A DNA stretch of 64,000 nt, taken from NCBI RefSeq assembly GCF_963921235.1, contig NC_086097.1, forward strand, positions 244,158,001 through 244,222,000, read 5' to 3'. Source of the DNA: Mobula hypostoma (lineage: Eukaryota). Shown here piece after piece: positions 38,745-51,914 of the stretch (positions are counted from its first letter, which is position 1; each line of letters begins with the position of its first letter). The notes beneath the pieces are model-generated. The model searched no databases and had not been told where the DNA came from. It worked only from the letters and a program-made list of their open reading frames with translations. Position numbers and translations under genes: made by a program.

Positions 38745-41700
38745 GAAAAGTACAGCACAGAAACAGGTCCTTTGGCCCATCTAGTCAATGCTGAACCATT
38801 TAAACTGCCTAGTCCCAATGACCTGTACCCAGACCATAGCCCTCTATACCCATACCATCCACATACCTATCCAAAATTCTCTTAAATGTTGAAATCGAGC
38901 TCACATGTACTCCTTGTACTGGCAACTTGTTTTACATTCTCACAACTATGTGTGTGAAGAGGTTTCCCCTCATGTTCCCCTTAAACTTTTCACTTTTCAC
39001 CCTTAATGCATGACCTCTAGTTCTAATCCCATCCAACTCAATGGAAAAAACCTGCCTGCATTTACCCTATCTATACCTTCATAATTTTGTGTACCTCTAT
39101 CAAATCTCCTTCCAATCTTAGACTTCCCAAGCAGTTAAGTCCTAACCTATTTAATCTTTCCTTATAACTCAGGTCCTCCAGTCCCAGCAAAATCCTTGTA
39201 AGTTTTCTCTGTACTCTTTAAACCTTATTTACATCTTTCCTACAGGTAGGTGATCAAAAACTGCACACAATAATCCAAATTAGGCCTCACCAACATCTAT
39301 TACAACATCAACATAACATAATATCTCCTGTACGCAACACTTTGAGTTATGAAGGCCAATGAACCAAAAGTTTTCTTTATGACCCTATCTACCTGTGCCT
39401 CCACATTGAAAGAATTATGGTCCTGAATTCCCAGATCCTTTCGCTCTACCACACTCCTCAGTGCTCTACTGTTCACTGTGTAAGACCTACCCTGGTAGAT
39501 CCTACCAAAGGTCAACACCTTGCACTTGTCTGCATTACTGACAACACGCTGGAGAAACTCAGCAGGTCGGGCAGCATCTGTGGAAATGATCAGTCAACTT
39601 TTCAGGCCGGAACCCTTCATCAGGAGTGTCCTGATGAAGAGTTCCGGCCCGAAACATTGACTGATCGTTTCCACAGATGCTGCCCGACCTGCTGAGTTCC
39701 TCCAGCATGTTATGAGTGTTGCTTTGACCCCAGCATCTGGAGAGTATTTTGTGTTTACTTGTCTGCATTAAATTCCATCCCATTTTTCAGCCCGTTTTTC
39801 CAGTTGATGCAGATCTCTCTGCAAGCCATGATAGCCTTCCTCACTGTTCACTACACCCCCAATCTTGGTGTCATCCACAAATTTGCTGATCCAGTTAACA
39901 TCCAGATCATTGATACAGATGACAAGCAACAGACCCAGTATCTGCTGCATTCCACTATTCCCAGACCTCCAGTCAGAGAAGCAACCATCTACTACAACTC
40001 TCTGGCTTTTCCCACAAAGCCAATGTCTAATCCAGTTTACTACCTCATCCTGAATACTAAGCAACTGAATCTTCTTGACCAATCTGCCATGCAGTTGTTT
40101 GTCAAAAGCCTTGCTAAAGTCACGTACAAAACATCGACTTGCCTGGTAACTTCATTGAAAAACTCAATAAGATTGGTTAGACATGACCTAACAGTGGAAC
40201 AGCATTAGCTATCCTCCAATTCTCCCGTATCTCACCTGCTGCTGAGGATGTTTTACATATATCTGCTAGGGCCCCTGCAATTTCTGCACTTGCCTCCATA
40301 GGATCTGAAGAAACACCTTGTCTCACTCAGTGAATTTATCCACCCTAATTTGCCTCAAGACAGCAAATACCTCCTCCTCTGTAATCTCTATAGGAGCCAT
40401 GACCTTGCTGATGCTTTGCCTCACTTTTAAGGACTCTGCATCCACCTCCTGAGTAAATACAGATGCAAAAAATCCATTTAAGATCTCCCCCACCTTTTTG
40501 GTACCACACATAGATTACCTTTCTGATCTTCCAGAGGATCAATTTTGTCCCTTGCAATTCTTCTGCTCTTAACATACCTGTAGACTCTCTTAAGATTCAC
40601 CTTCACCTTGTCTGCTAGGCCAATCTCATGCCTATTTTTATCCCACCTGATTTCTTTACGTGCTCTCTTGTATTTCTTATACTCCATAAGTACTTCATTT
40701 GTTCCCACCTGCCTATACCTGCTGTACACCATTTTTTTTCTTAACCAGGACCTCAATATCTCTTGAAAACCAAAAATCCCTACATTTGTTATCTTTACCT
40801 TTTATTCTGACAGGCACATACAAGCTTTGTTCTCTCAATATTTCACTTTTGAAGACCTCCTACTTATTAAGCACACCTTTGCCAGAAAATAGTCTGTCCC
40901 AATCCACACTTGCCAGATCCTTTCTGATTTCATCACAATTGAAATTGATTTCATCTCCAATTTAGAATCTCAACCCATGGACCTTATCTTTTCCATACTT
41001 TGAAACTAATGGCATTGTGACCACTAGATGCAAGGTGTTCCCCTGCGCAAGCTTCTTTCACGTGCCCTGTCTCATTCCTAAATAGCAGATCAAGTATCGC
41101 ACACTCTTTCATTGGGGCTTCTGTATACTGATGAAGGAAGTTTTCCTGAACACATTTGACAAATTCTATCCCATCTAGTCCTTTTACAGTATGGGATTCC
41201 CAGTCAATATGTAGAAAGTTAAAATCATCTACCATAACAGACTTCTATTTCTTGTAACAGTCTGTGATCTATCTACAAATCTGTTCCTCTAAATCCTTTG
41301 GATGGTTGGATGGTCCATAATATAGCCCCATTAGCATGGTCATTTCTTATGCCTCCACCCATAAAGTCTCACTTGACAAGTTCTCAGTCTGTTCTGACTG
41401 AGCACTGCCGTGACATTTTCCCTGACTAGTAAACCACCCCTCCCCCTATAATTCTCCCGCTTTATCACATCTAAAACAACAGAACCCCGGAATATTGAGC
41501 TGTCAGTCCTTCCCCTCCTTCAACCAAGTTCCACTAATAGCTACAATACCATAATACTGTGTTGATCCATGCCCTGAGCTCATCTGCTGTTTTTGTAGCA
41601 GCAGTACAATGCAATACATAATAATAGAGAAAAAAAAGTTGAATTGCATTATATTAGATAGTTAAATTAAATAAGTCGTGCAAAAGTGAGGTAGCATTCA

Positions 41701-42410
41701 TGGGTTCAATGTCCATTCAGAAATTGGATGGCAGAGGGAAGGAAGCTGCTCCTGAATCATTGAGTGTTTGCCTTCAGGCTTCTGTACCTCCTTCCTGATG
41801 GTAGCAATGGGAACACAGCATGACCTAAATGATAAGGATCCTTAACGTTGGATGTTGCATTTTTGAGGCATTGCTGCTTGAAGGTGACCTGGATACTGTG
41901 GAGGCTAGGGCTCATGATGGAGCTGACTAAGCTTACAACTCTCTGCAGCTTATTTCGATCCTGTGCAGTAGCCACCGTACCAAACGGTCCCCCTCCAATT
42001 CAGATGCAAGCCATCTCTTCTATACAGGTCCCACCTTCCCTGGAACAGAGCCCAATGATCCAAAACTCCCTCCTACAACAACTTTTTAGTCACGTGTAAA
42101 GTTGTATTTACTTCCTAGTTCTGACCACACTAGCAGCTGGCACAGTGGCAATCCTAAGAACACAACCCTGGAGGTACTGCCCTTTAACTTAGCACATAAC
42201 TCCCTGAACTTACTTCGCAGAACCTTGTCACTCTTCCTACTTATATCATTGGTGCCTACATGGACCACAGCTTCTGTTTGCTCACCCTCGCACTTAAACA
42301 TGCTGAGACTCAATCTGCAATGCCCCTGACCCTGGTACCCGGGAGGAAACATACCACCTGGGAATCTTGTTCTCATCCACAGAACCTCCTTTGTGTTTCC
42401 CTGAAGCCTC
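38745..42410 (-). mobile_element. Fragmented long CR1 LINE including ORF1 SGNH-esterase remnant
   Basis: Minus-strand RT (ISKFVDDTKIGG), endonuclease (DFNFLHIDW) and esterase-like VVHVGTNDI at 42086..42412. Interrupted by other repeats. Confidence 0.85.
39538..39756 (+). mobile_element. Miniature fold-back Penelope-derived insertion in CR1
   Basis: Inverted arms meet at tcatcagga-gtg-tcctgatga. 14-bp TSD acttgtctgcatta at 39524-39537 and 39757-39770. Confidence 0.88.
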
Positions 42411-43209
42411 AAAGATTTAAAACCTCAAAATCCCCACATTAACACTGCCCACAACAACAATTGCCACTCCAACAAAGGGCACTCTGCTTGTCCTACCTTA
42501 TTTTTAATTTGTTCTTGCCAATCAATCTCAATCACTAATTGGCTTGAACACTCACCAATCTTCCAAACAAACCAGATCTCTATAGACTTAACTCACCTCC
42601 ATCCCCATCCTCATCCAATAACCACCTGATTTTCTTTGTGGACAGGGCATGAAGGGGAAGCTCTTTAACTTTGGATGGTGGTTGTCCACCATGTCCAGTG
42701 ATGACTGGAAACATGTGCAGGAGAGTATTTAAAGTGGAAAAGTTGTTGCACTAGGGCAGTTCCACCTGCTTGAATCCAGGAGTCCGGGTCCAGTGGAACA
42801 AACAGGCATCACAAACTGGGATCTTCCTTGGTTGTAGTGGGTAACCACAAGTCTTCCATGTCTCGTAGTGCCGTTCGCTCTCCCTGGAGCATTACAGAAC
42901 CATCTTCCTTACCGTTGAATCTCACTGTAGATCTCATCTGCCCAGTCCGTTGGCGCTGACTTCCCATGCTAGGACTGGCATTTCCCTATCTTTCCGGAGT
43001 ATGAGACCTGCTGGCTGCCCTCACCTGGTTTAGCCCACCTGTCAACGTGGTGTACCAGGGTATGGACGCTATTGCATACAAATAGCTACTTGGTGCCACA
43101 AGTGAGAGCTGAGTGTCTGGTGGGGGCCAAAACTGAGTGAACTGCCCCAGAATGGGCACGACAAGTCCCTTCACCAGGGATGCTTCCACTCCCTGTACGC
43201 CAGCAGGTG

Positions 43210-44145
43210 GTAAGAATGGGCTCCCTCACCTCCACCCCTCTGACTCTCAACACAGGTGCCCTTCAGGGCTGTGTCCCCTCTTTTATTCCCTGTATACCCA
43301 TGACTGTGTGGCCACCCACAGCTCTAATCTGATAATTAAATTTGCCAATGACACTACATTGATTGGCGTAATCTCAAACAATAATGAGGTGGCCTACAGG
43401 GAAGAAGTCATCTCTCTGACACAGTGGTGTCAAGAAAACAACCTCTCCCTCAATGTCGCAAAAAAATAGGAACTGGTTGTGGATTACAGGAGGAATGGAG
43501 ATGGGTTAACCCCTGCTAACATTAATGGATCTGCGGTTGAGAGGGTAAACAGCTTTAAGTTCCTCAGCATCCACATCACCGAACACCTCACATGGTCTGT
43601 ACACACCAGCTGTGTAGTGAAAAAGGCATAACAGTGCCTCTTTCTCCTCAGACGTTTGAGGAAGTTTGGCATGGGCCCCCAATTCCTAAGAACTTTCTAC
43701 AGGGGCACAATTGAGTGCATCCTGACTGGCTGTATCACTGCCTGGTATGGAAACTGTACCTTAATCGCAGGATTCTGCAGAGAGTGGTGCATCTGTAGTT
43801 GTGAACTTCCCATGATTCAGGTTATTTACAAAGGCAGGTGTGAAAAAAGGGTCCAAAGGGAATGGAGTCACCCCAACCACAATCTATTCCAGCTGCTACT
43901 ATCCAGGAAAAACATACCGCAGCATAAAAGCCAGGATCAACAGGCTCCGGGACAGCTTCTTCCACCAGGCCATCAGACTGATTAACTCACGCTGATTTGA
44001 GTGTATTTCTATGTTACACTGACTGTTCTAGTTATTATAAATTACTATGATTGCACATTCCACATTTAGACAGAGATGTAACGTAAAGATTTTTACTCCT
44101 CATGTTTGTGAAGGACGTAAGAAATGAAGTCAATTCAATTCAATT
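43210..44145 (+). mobile_element. Rex1-like LINE 3' part
   Basis: LYTHDCVATHSSNLIIKFANDTTLIG...WCQENNLSLNV and an (AATTC)n tail. Confidence 0.82.
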
Positions 44146-44253
44146 TTTCCCCATACACCCCATGTTTTGATGTACATGTGACAAATAAAGCTAAACTTTT
44201 GAATCAACTGCCTAAAGACTGGAAGTGAAAGGTTTTGTGTGAATCTTTTTCAG

Positions 44254-44380
44254 ATGCCGGTGTATTATTGCCCTTCTGGCCAGTACACTACCTCAGCAAC
44301 CCAACAGTTCAGGCCTGTCGCTACGGTTCAATACAACGCAGCGCGAAGCCAGCAGATGCCACAGACCACACAACCATCAG
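44254..44380 (+). CDS. ARPP21: ARPP21 internal coding exon (127 nt; MPVYYCPSGQYTTSATQQFRPVATVQYNAARSQQMPQTTQPS)
   Basis: tctttttcag acceptor and G|gtaccc donor. Matches recalled MPVYYYPSGQYPTSTTQQYRPMAPVQYNAQRSQQMPQ. Confidence 0.93.
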
Positions 44381-46268
44381 GTACCCCATTCCAGCAGTGT
44401 TGTTTCTCATTCCTCCGAGTGAGCCTTGTCATTTTCCTCCTTGTGTTTCTGCCTTATCTTGAGTGGGGTTCATTTAGAGTCAGAATCAGTTTGTAACCTC
44501 AGCATTCAAGAACTGCTTTTTTCCTCCTGCCGTCAGATTTCTGAATGGACGTGAACACTACCTCACTATTTGTTTTTCTATTCACACTACTTATTTTTAT
44601 TTAATTTCTGTACGTATATATGTCATTTACAGTTTTATTATTATGTATTGCATTGTACTGCTGCCACAAAACAACAAATTTCATGACATATGCCGGTGAT
44701 GTTAAACCTGATTCTGATTCTGCTGTTTATTATCCCCAGTGCATGCTATGAAATACATTGTTTTGTGTCAGCAGTACATTGAAATACATAATAATAAAAA
44801 CTATAAATTACAATAAGAAATATATACAAAATCTTAAATTAATATACAGTGCAAAAAGAGAGCAATAAAGAGAAAAAATATAATGAGATGGGTTCATTGT
44901 TCATTCAGAAATCTGATGTTGGAGGGGAAGAAGCTGTTCCTAACACGTTGAGTGTGTGTCTTCAGGCTCTTGTACCTCCTTGATGGTGGCAATAAGAAGA
45001 GGGCATGTCCTGGGTGATGGGGGACCTGAATGATGGATGCTGCCTTTTGAAGGTGTCCTCGATGCTGGGGAGGCCGGTGCCCATGATGAAGCTGGCTGAG
45101 TTTGCAACTGTCTGCAGCTTTTTCCGATCCTGTGCAATGTCCCCTCTATACCAGATGGTGATGCAACCAAAGATGCACAGATTGAAAGTACATTTATTAT
45201 CAAAGATTCTGTGCAGTATACATCCCCGAAATCTGTCTTCCCCACAGACGGACACGAAACAAAAAAGAACCATGGAAGCAATACGTTCAAAGAAAAATAT
45301 GAAACATCAAACCCGCCGCCCCCAAACCCCACACACAAAAAAAACAGCGACAAGAGACGAGAATATAGAACACAAACACAAAAGGCATATTTCAGTTCAT
45401 TTAAGTTCAGTGTTCATTATCTGCAGGCAGCCCCAATTCAAAACTCACCTGAAAGTAGTAACAATAAAGAGTTGACCAAAGCTAGAACTAGAACTGGAAC
45501 ACTGAGTCCAAATCTACAGTCCACCTCTCTGACCCCATCTGCCAACAGCATCAAGGGAGAGAGAGATCTCTTGAACACAAGGACCCCCACCCTGCCCCAG
45601 AAGCAGCAAGTGAAAGGGAGCAAGAGACCGCCATACACATCCACCTTCTCCGACAGCAGCGAGCAAGAGGCTGGAAGCCAGCGCTAAATACTTTTCAGTT
45701 TTCAGTCAGAATGCTCTCCACAGTACATCTGTAGAAACTTGCCATAGTCATTGGTGATGTCTCCTCAAACACCTAATGTAATATAACCGCTGTCTTGCCT
45801 TCTTTGCAATTGCATCAATATGTTAGGCCCAGGATAGATTTTCAGAGATGTTGACACCCAAGAACTTGAAACTGCTCAGAATGAGGGACAAAGGAAGAAA
45901 AGCGATACCTCATGCCCAATCAAGCTAATATGGGGGGGGGGGGGCATAATTTTAAGGTGATTGGAGGAAAGTATAGGGGGGATGTCAAAGGTAATTTTCT
46001 TACACAGAGTGGTGGGTGCATCAAATACACTGCCAGGGACAGTGGTGAGATACGTTAGGTACATTTAAAAGATTCTTAGATAGGCATAAGGATTTAAGAA
46101 AAAGTTACAGTTTTGGTCTGTGTAGAAGGGAAGGTTTAGATTAATTTCAGAGCAAGTTAAAAAAATCAGCACATCGTGGGCTGAAGGAATTGTACTGTGC
46201 TGTGCCGAATGTCCTATGAATTCCACCTGCCATTGCTCTGTCCAAGTTACCAATAGGTCAGTATCTTT

Positions 46269-46565
46269 AAGCAACACACATCAAAGTTGCTGGTGAACGC
46301 AGCAGGCCAGGCAGCATCTGTAGGAAGAGGTGCAGTCGACGTTTCAGGCCGAGACCCTTCGTCAGGACTAACTGAAGGAAGAGTGAGTAAGGGATTTGAA
46401 AGCTTTCAAATCCCCTACTCACTCTTCCTTCAGTTAATCCTGACGAAGGGTCTCGGCCTGAAACGTCGACTGTACCTCTTCCTACAGATGCTGCCTGGCC
46501 TGCTGCGTTCACCAGCAACTTTGATGTGTGTTGCTTGAATTTCCAGCATCTGCAGAATTCCTGTT
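46269..46565 (+). mobile_element. Zero-spacer palindromic Penelope-derived insertion
   Basis: 134-bp arms 46269-46402 / 46403-46536 and a 29-nt tail. 14-bp TSD ggtcagtatcttta at 46256-46269 and 46566-46579. Confidence 0.92.
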
Positions 46566-46606
46566 GGTCAGTATCTTTATTATGTTTTGCAACTCCAAAG
46601 GTAGTG

Positions 46607-47208
46607 GACTAAGGTAGAAGGAGTCAATTTTAGAAAACCTAGCACATTTATTTTTCCTACATTTACACACTTAGTCCAGCAGTCGTGGTGCATACGGATC
46701 CCTTCTTTGTAGAAGTCGGCGTCTTGGACCTCCAGAAAGTGGTCCACAGCAGGGGTGATCAATAAGTTCATGGCCGAAGGTAGAAGGAGATGAGTTATTA
46801 ACTTAAAACTTTCTGCATTTTCTCTCAAAGAGTTGAACTGCATGTGCATGTAACGAGAGTGGTGTAACTCATCTCCTTCTACCTTAGGCCATGAACTTAT
46901 CAATAACCCCTGCTATGGACCTCCTGGAGGTCCAAGATGTTTTTGTTACATGCATGTGCAGTTCATCTCTTTGAGTGATAATGCAGAAAGTTTGAAGTTA
47001 ATAACTCACCTCCTTCTACCTTAGGCCACGAAATGATCAATCACCCCTGCTGTGGACCACTTTTACAAAGGAGGGATTTGTATGCTCCACGTCCACTGGA
47101 TTAAGTTTGTACATGTAGGAGGGGACAATGTTGAAAAATAAATGTGCTAGGTTTTCTAAAATTGACTCCGTCTACCTTAGGCTACGAACTGATCAATCAC
47201 CCCTCGTA
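46607..47208. mobile_element. Mariner-derived palindromic non-autonomous element
   Basis: Right end atcaatcacccctcg+TA. Long inverted subterminal arms. Minus-strand FYKEGIRM..DCWTKCV resembles a mariner transposase C-terminus. Confidence 0.72.
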
Positions 47209-50200
47209 TAACTTGGTGCCGTGATGACGTGGTGCCAGCTACGTACTTTTACATATAACCCGTAATGAATTATTTAAATGAACAGGAGTGCTTAATTAAA
47301 CAATATATTTACAGTAACACTCAAATATTACTGAAATATTAAATACACAACACTCCTCCCTGCTTAGCTATTATCTCCAAAGCAATATAGAATGCATCTC
47401 ATATACTATATAGACAGGTGAGACTCATGGCTGTGAAACAATCTTAGGTTCGAGGACTTGTTAAACAATCTCAGATTCTGGGGCCTCGTCCATGATGGTA
47501 GGAGTTGAATCTGAGACTGCAAGAAGTGGTTCTGACAGCTCTGCCCACCTTTCTTCTCAACTGATTGATGTGTCATCTCCAGATGATATCAGACGCAATC
47601 TCCGCTGTGTAGGAGCGTGGCCCAGTTCTGTCCTTAACCTTCCCAAGTGCCCACTTTTGATGACCTCTGTAGTCCCTCTCCAAGACTGCTTGCCCAGGAG
47701 TGAAACTTTGAACCTTCTTGTTTGAGGAGCCTTCAGTTTATCCCAGCTGTTTGTCCTGCGTACTCCTTCTGAGATTGGGTTTGAGGAGGTCCAAGAGTGA
47801 ACGCAAGAGATGACCCAGGAACAGTATAGCTGGTTGTGGAGTGTTCTGCATTGGGATGTGCAAGGAAGAAATCAGCAAGGTTCTGATTCAGAGTCAGTGT
47901 AGTGTATTCTGCTGACATTGCTCATTGTCAAGCCATTTGTAGCCAGGTAGTATGGGGCAGATGGAGTAAGTCTTATTCCAGTCAATTTCAGGAATGACTG
48001 AAACTGTTCCACAACAAACTGTGGTCCATTGTCACTAACTAAGTGTTCTGGAACCCCAGTCGTTGAGAAGAGGCTTCTCAACACATCAACAGTGTGTGTG
48101 AGGCTCTAGTGAAGCGACTGGGAACACTTCTGGCTACTTTCTAGCTGCATCCACTGCCACCAAAGAATGAGTCCCCATGAATGGGCCTACAAAATCCACA
48201 TGAATCCTCTGCCAGGGCAATGCAAAGGTCTTGATAGAGTGGATATGGAGAGGGTGTTTCCTATGCTGGGAGAGAGAGAGTATAACACCAGTGGACACAG
48301 CCTCAGAACATTGAGGCATCCTCTTAGAAGGGATATGAGGAGAAATTTCTTTAGCTAGAGAGTTATGAATCTGTGGAATTCTTTGCCACAGGCAGCTATG
48401 GAGGCCAAGCCTTTATGTATATTTAAGGCAGAGGTTGATAGATTCTTGATTGAACAGGGCATGAAGGGATATGGGGAGAAGGCAGGAGATTGGGGCTGTA
48501 AGGAAAGTTTGATCAGCCATCATGAAATGCTGGAGCAGACTCGATGGACTTCATCCTCAATCTGCTGACCTATCCCAGGCTTTTGTTTTGACCACACCCT
48601 AGATGGCCAGCATGTAGCTCCTCCAACACTTTAGCTCTTAGCTTGGATAGTAGAACAATTCTCAGTCCCCACATAAGGCAAATTCTGTCAAGAGCAAGTT
48701 CATCCTGGAGCTGGTAAAAGTGGGGAAACTAGATTTTCTGCTGAACATGGGGTGTATGGATTGAATTGAATTGAATTGAATTGAATTCATTTCTTACATC
48801 CTTCCTCAGACAATATGGGGTCTTTTTTGCTTTCCCTTGGGATCATCCCTGCCATAGTAGAGAGACTTTCGATTTGTGTTAGGGAGAATACGTCAAAAGC
48901 AGTGTCTCTTTTACAAATTTTTCAGGTATTTCCTTTCCCAAAGGTAAACAGGACAATCCATCAGCATCTCTGTGATTAGTCGTCCTCTTGAATTCGACAA
49001 TGGATGCTAATGGCTGATGATCAGTAATGAGGGTAAACTCCCTCCTGTGTAAGTACTGATTGAAACATTTCACACCCCAAACCAAGCTCAAGGCCTCTCT
49101 GTCAATCTGTGCATAACTTTTCTCTGCAGCGATAAGGGAATGTAATACAAAGACTATGGACTATCACTCATAGCACGTAAGACTGCACCTATAGAATAAG
49201 ACGAACGGTCACACACAAGCTTCTTTGGATGATGTGGATCACAATGTGCGAGTACAGTGTCTGATGTCACCATTTCCTTTACATTTTTGAAAGCCACCTT
49301 ACTCTTCTTTGTCCATTGTCATTCCTTCCGGCTGTAGTAATGAGTTCAAGGAATGGAGCATGTAGCCAGGTTTGGCAGAACCTATTGTAGTAAGTGACAA
49401 GTCCTAAAATGGACTGCAACGGTGACACATTCTTTGGGCCTGGGCATCCACCACTGCTTGAATTTTCTCAGCACACTTGTGTAATCCTTGTACGTCAACA
49501 GTGTGGCCACAGAAAGTGATGTTTGTTTTAACTAATTCACACTGGTTGCGTTCTGCTCTGAGCCCATAATCTTCTAATCTTTTTAACACAGTGCTGAGAT
49601 TTTGGAGATGTTCCTTATCATCCTCAGTGGTAACAATGATGTCATCCAGGGCAGCCTTACAGCACCTGGTCCGTAGCTTTCTGCCAGAGTGTAACTGCAG
49701 GTGCTATTCCAAAAATAAACCGGTTATTAAGATAAAGTCCTTTGTGATTGTTTATGATGAGAAATACTTTGGACTCTTCTTCCATCTCCATCTGTAGGTA
49801 GACCTCAGCTAAGTATTATCCTCCAGAAAGGTTTCCAAAGATAACCTTTATCCTGGGAAGAGGATATCGATCTACTTTAAGTACTGGGTTGATGGTGACC
49901 GTAAAATCACCACAGATTTTCATAGTCCCACTCTTCTTGGCTACTAGCACCACTGACATTGCCCATGGGTTCCAATCAGCCTTGGAAAGAATTCCTTCAG
50001 CCTCCATGTGATCCAGCTCACTGGCTGCTTTATCATGGATGATATAAAGAACCAGATGGGCTTTACAAAACTTGGATGTGACATTTTCATATAACACTCT
50101 TTTATCCTTGATATGTTTGGGTTTTCCAGTGCCATCCTCAAAACACTGATTTGGCATCATACAGCTTTCTTGTAAGATTCCACAAACTAAATGATCTCTC

Positions 50201-50390
50201 AGTACAACATTAAGCCCATCACTGAACGGATAATCTCTTCAATTCAGCAAAATAAGGTGAAATGGACTCCCCTTCCTTTTGATTCCACTATGAAACCTAA
50301 AGCATTTTGCATTCAACAATGGTTTTGGTTCTAAATGTTCCTGCATTACTTTCAGAATATTAGCAAAGCTCAGGTTAGCTGGTCTGGTTG
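47209..50390 (-). mobile_element. Degenerate Gypsy/Ty3 LTR retrotransposon (RT, RNase H, integrase, PPT, partial 3' LTR)
   Basis: Minus-strand KICGDFTVTINPVLKVDRYPLPRI (RT), FTLITDHQPL (RNase H), and PWQRIHVDF plus GVPEHLVSDNGPQF...APY...TNG (integrase). PPT GGGAGGAG (47360-47353) is followed by a TGTTGTG LTR start. A CR1 piece is inserted at ~48222-48550. Confidence 0.9.
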
Positions 50391-50394
50391 AACA

Positions 50395-51210
50395 TAGAAC
50401 ATAGAAATCTACAGTACATTACAGGCCTTTCGGCCCACAATGTTGTGCCAACTATGTAAGCTACTCTAGAAACTGCCTAGAATTACCCTACCACATAGCC
50501 CTCTATTTTCTAAAGCTCCATGCCTATCTAAGAGTCTCTTCAGGGACCCTATTGTATCCACCTCCACCACCGTCGCTGGCAGTGCATTCCACACACCCAC
50601 CACACTCTGTGTGGGAAAACTTATTCCTGACATCTCCTCTGTACCTGCTTCCAAACACCTTAAAACTGTGCCCCCTTGTGTTAGCCATTTCAGCCCTGGG
50701 AGAAAGCCTCTGACTATCCACACGATCAACGCCTGTCATCATTTTATACACCTCTATCAGGTCACCTCACATCTTCCATTGCTCCAATGAGAAAAGGTCA
50801 AGTTCACATAAGGCATGCTCTCCAATCCTTGCAACATCCTTGTAAATCTCCTCTGCACTCTTTCTATAGTATCCACATCCTTCCTGTAGTGAGGTGACCA
50901 GAGCTGAACACAGTTCTCCAAGTGGGGTCTAACTAAGGTCTTATATAGCTGGAACATTACCTCATGGCTCTTGGACTCAATCCCATGATTGATGAATGCC
51001 AACACACCACACACCTTCTTAACAACACTGCGCAGCAGCTTTGAGTGTCCTACGGACACGAACCCCAAGATCTCTCTTATCTGGGTTGAACACCATCTGC
51101 CACTTCTCAGCACAGTTCTGCACCCTATTGATGTCCTGTTGTAACCTCTGACAACCCTCCATACTATCCATAACACAATCAATCTTTGTCATTAGCAAAC
51201 TTACTAACCG
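50395..51210 (-). mobile_element. CR1 LINE 3' fragment
   Basis: LYKTLVRPHLENCVQLWSPHYRKD motif and CR1 3' end. Confidence 0.85.
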
Positions 51211-51227
51211 TATAAAGCCTCAGTCCC

Positions 51228-51525
51228 ACGGTAGTGTAGCGGTTAACGCAATGCTATTACAGCTTGGGGCATCAGAGTTCGGAGTTCGATTCCAGCGTCC
51301 TCTATAAACAAGTCTACACGTTCCTTCCCGTGTGTGCATGGGTTTCCTCCAGGTGCTCCAGTTTCCACCCACAGTCCAAAGACATTCCGGTTACTAGGTT
51401 AATTCATCATTGTAAGTTGTCCTGTGATTAAGCTAGTGTTAAAAAATCATTGGTGGGCTGGGTGATGCGGCTCAGTGGGTCAGGAATGCCTCTTCCACGC
51501 TGCATCTCTAAATACAAATAAGTAA
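51228..51525 (+). mobile_element. tRNA-derived HE1/V-SINE-like element (similar copies ~9060, 14340, 18880, 35310, 36570, 37145)
   Basis: A/B boxes (gtagtgtagcggtt...ggagttcgattcc) and a central gggtttcctcc.ggtgctcc.gtttcc.cccacagtccaaagac domain. Confidence 0.75.
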
Positions 51526-51914
51526 AATAAGGACCTGTATTGTTCTGTAATGTTCTATGTTCTAAATCAAAAGCATGAATCATTTTCTGAACTTTAAACT
51601 TAGCATTTCTGTTTTGGTTATTTTACACTAATTTCTTGTTCAGGAATAATAAGAAAAGAAATGCACCCCTCTCATTCTAATGTATTCACCTAATAAAAAG
51701 TCAGCTCATTTTCCCTCTCCACAGATGCTGCCATATCTCTTGTGTACTTACAGATTGTTCCAGATTTTTATTGTTTTCAGATTTCAGAGTTATCAGTTTG
51801 CAGATTTTTTAGTTTTTAGTTTTCAAAATTGTTTTTAGTTTTCAAAATTGTTTTTAGTTTTCTAACTTTTCCAGATATTTATAGTTTTCAGATTTTTCCG
51901 GACTTTAATTGTTT

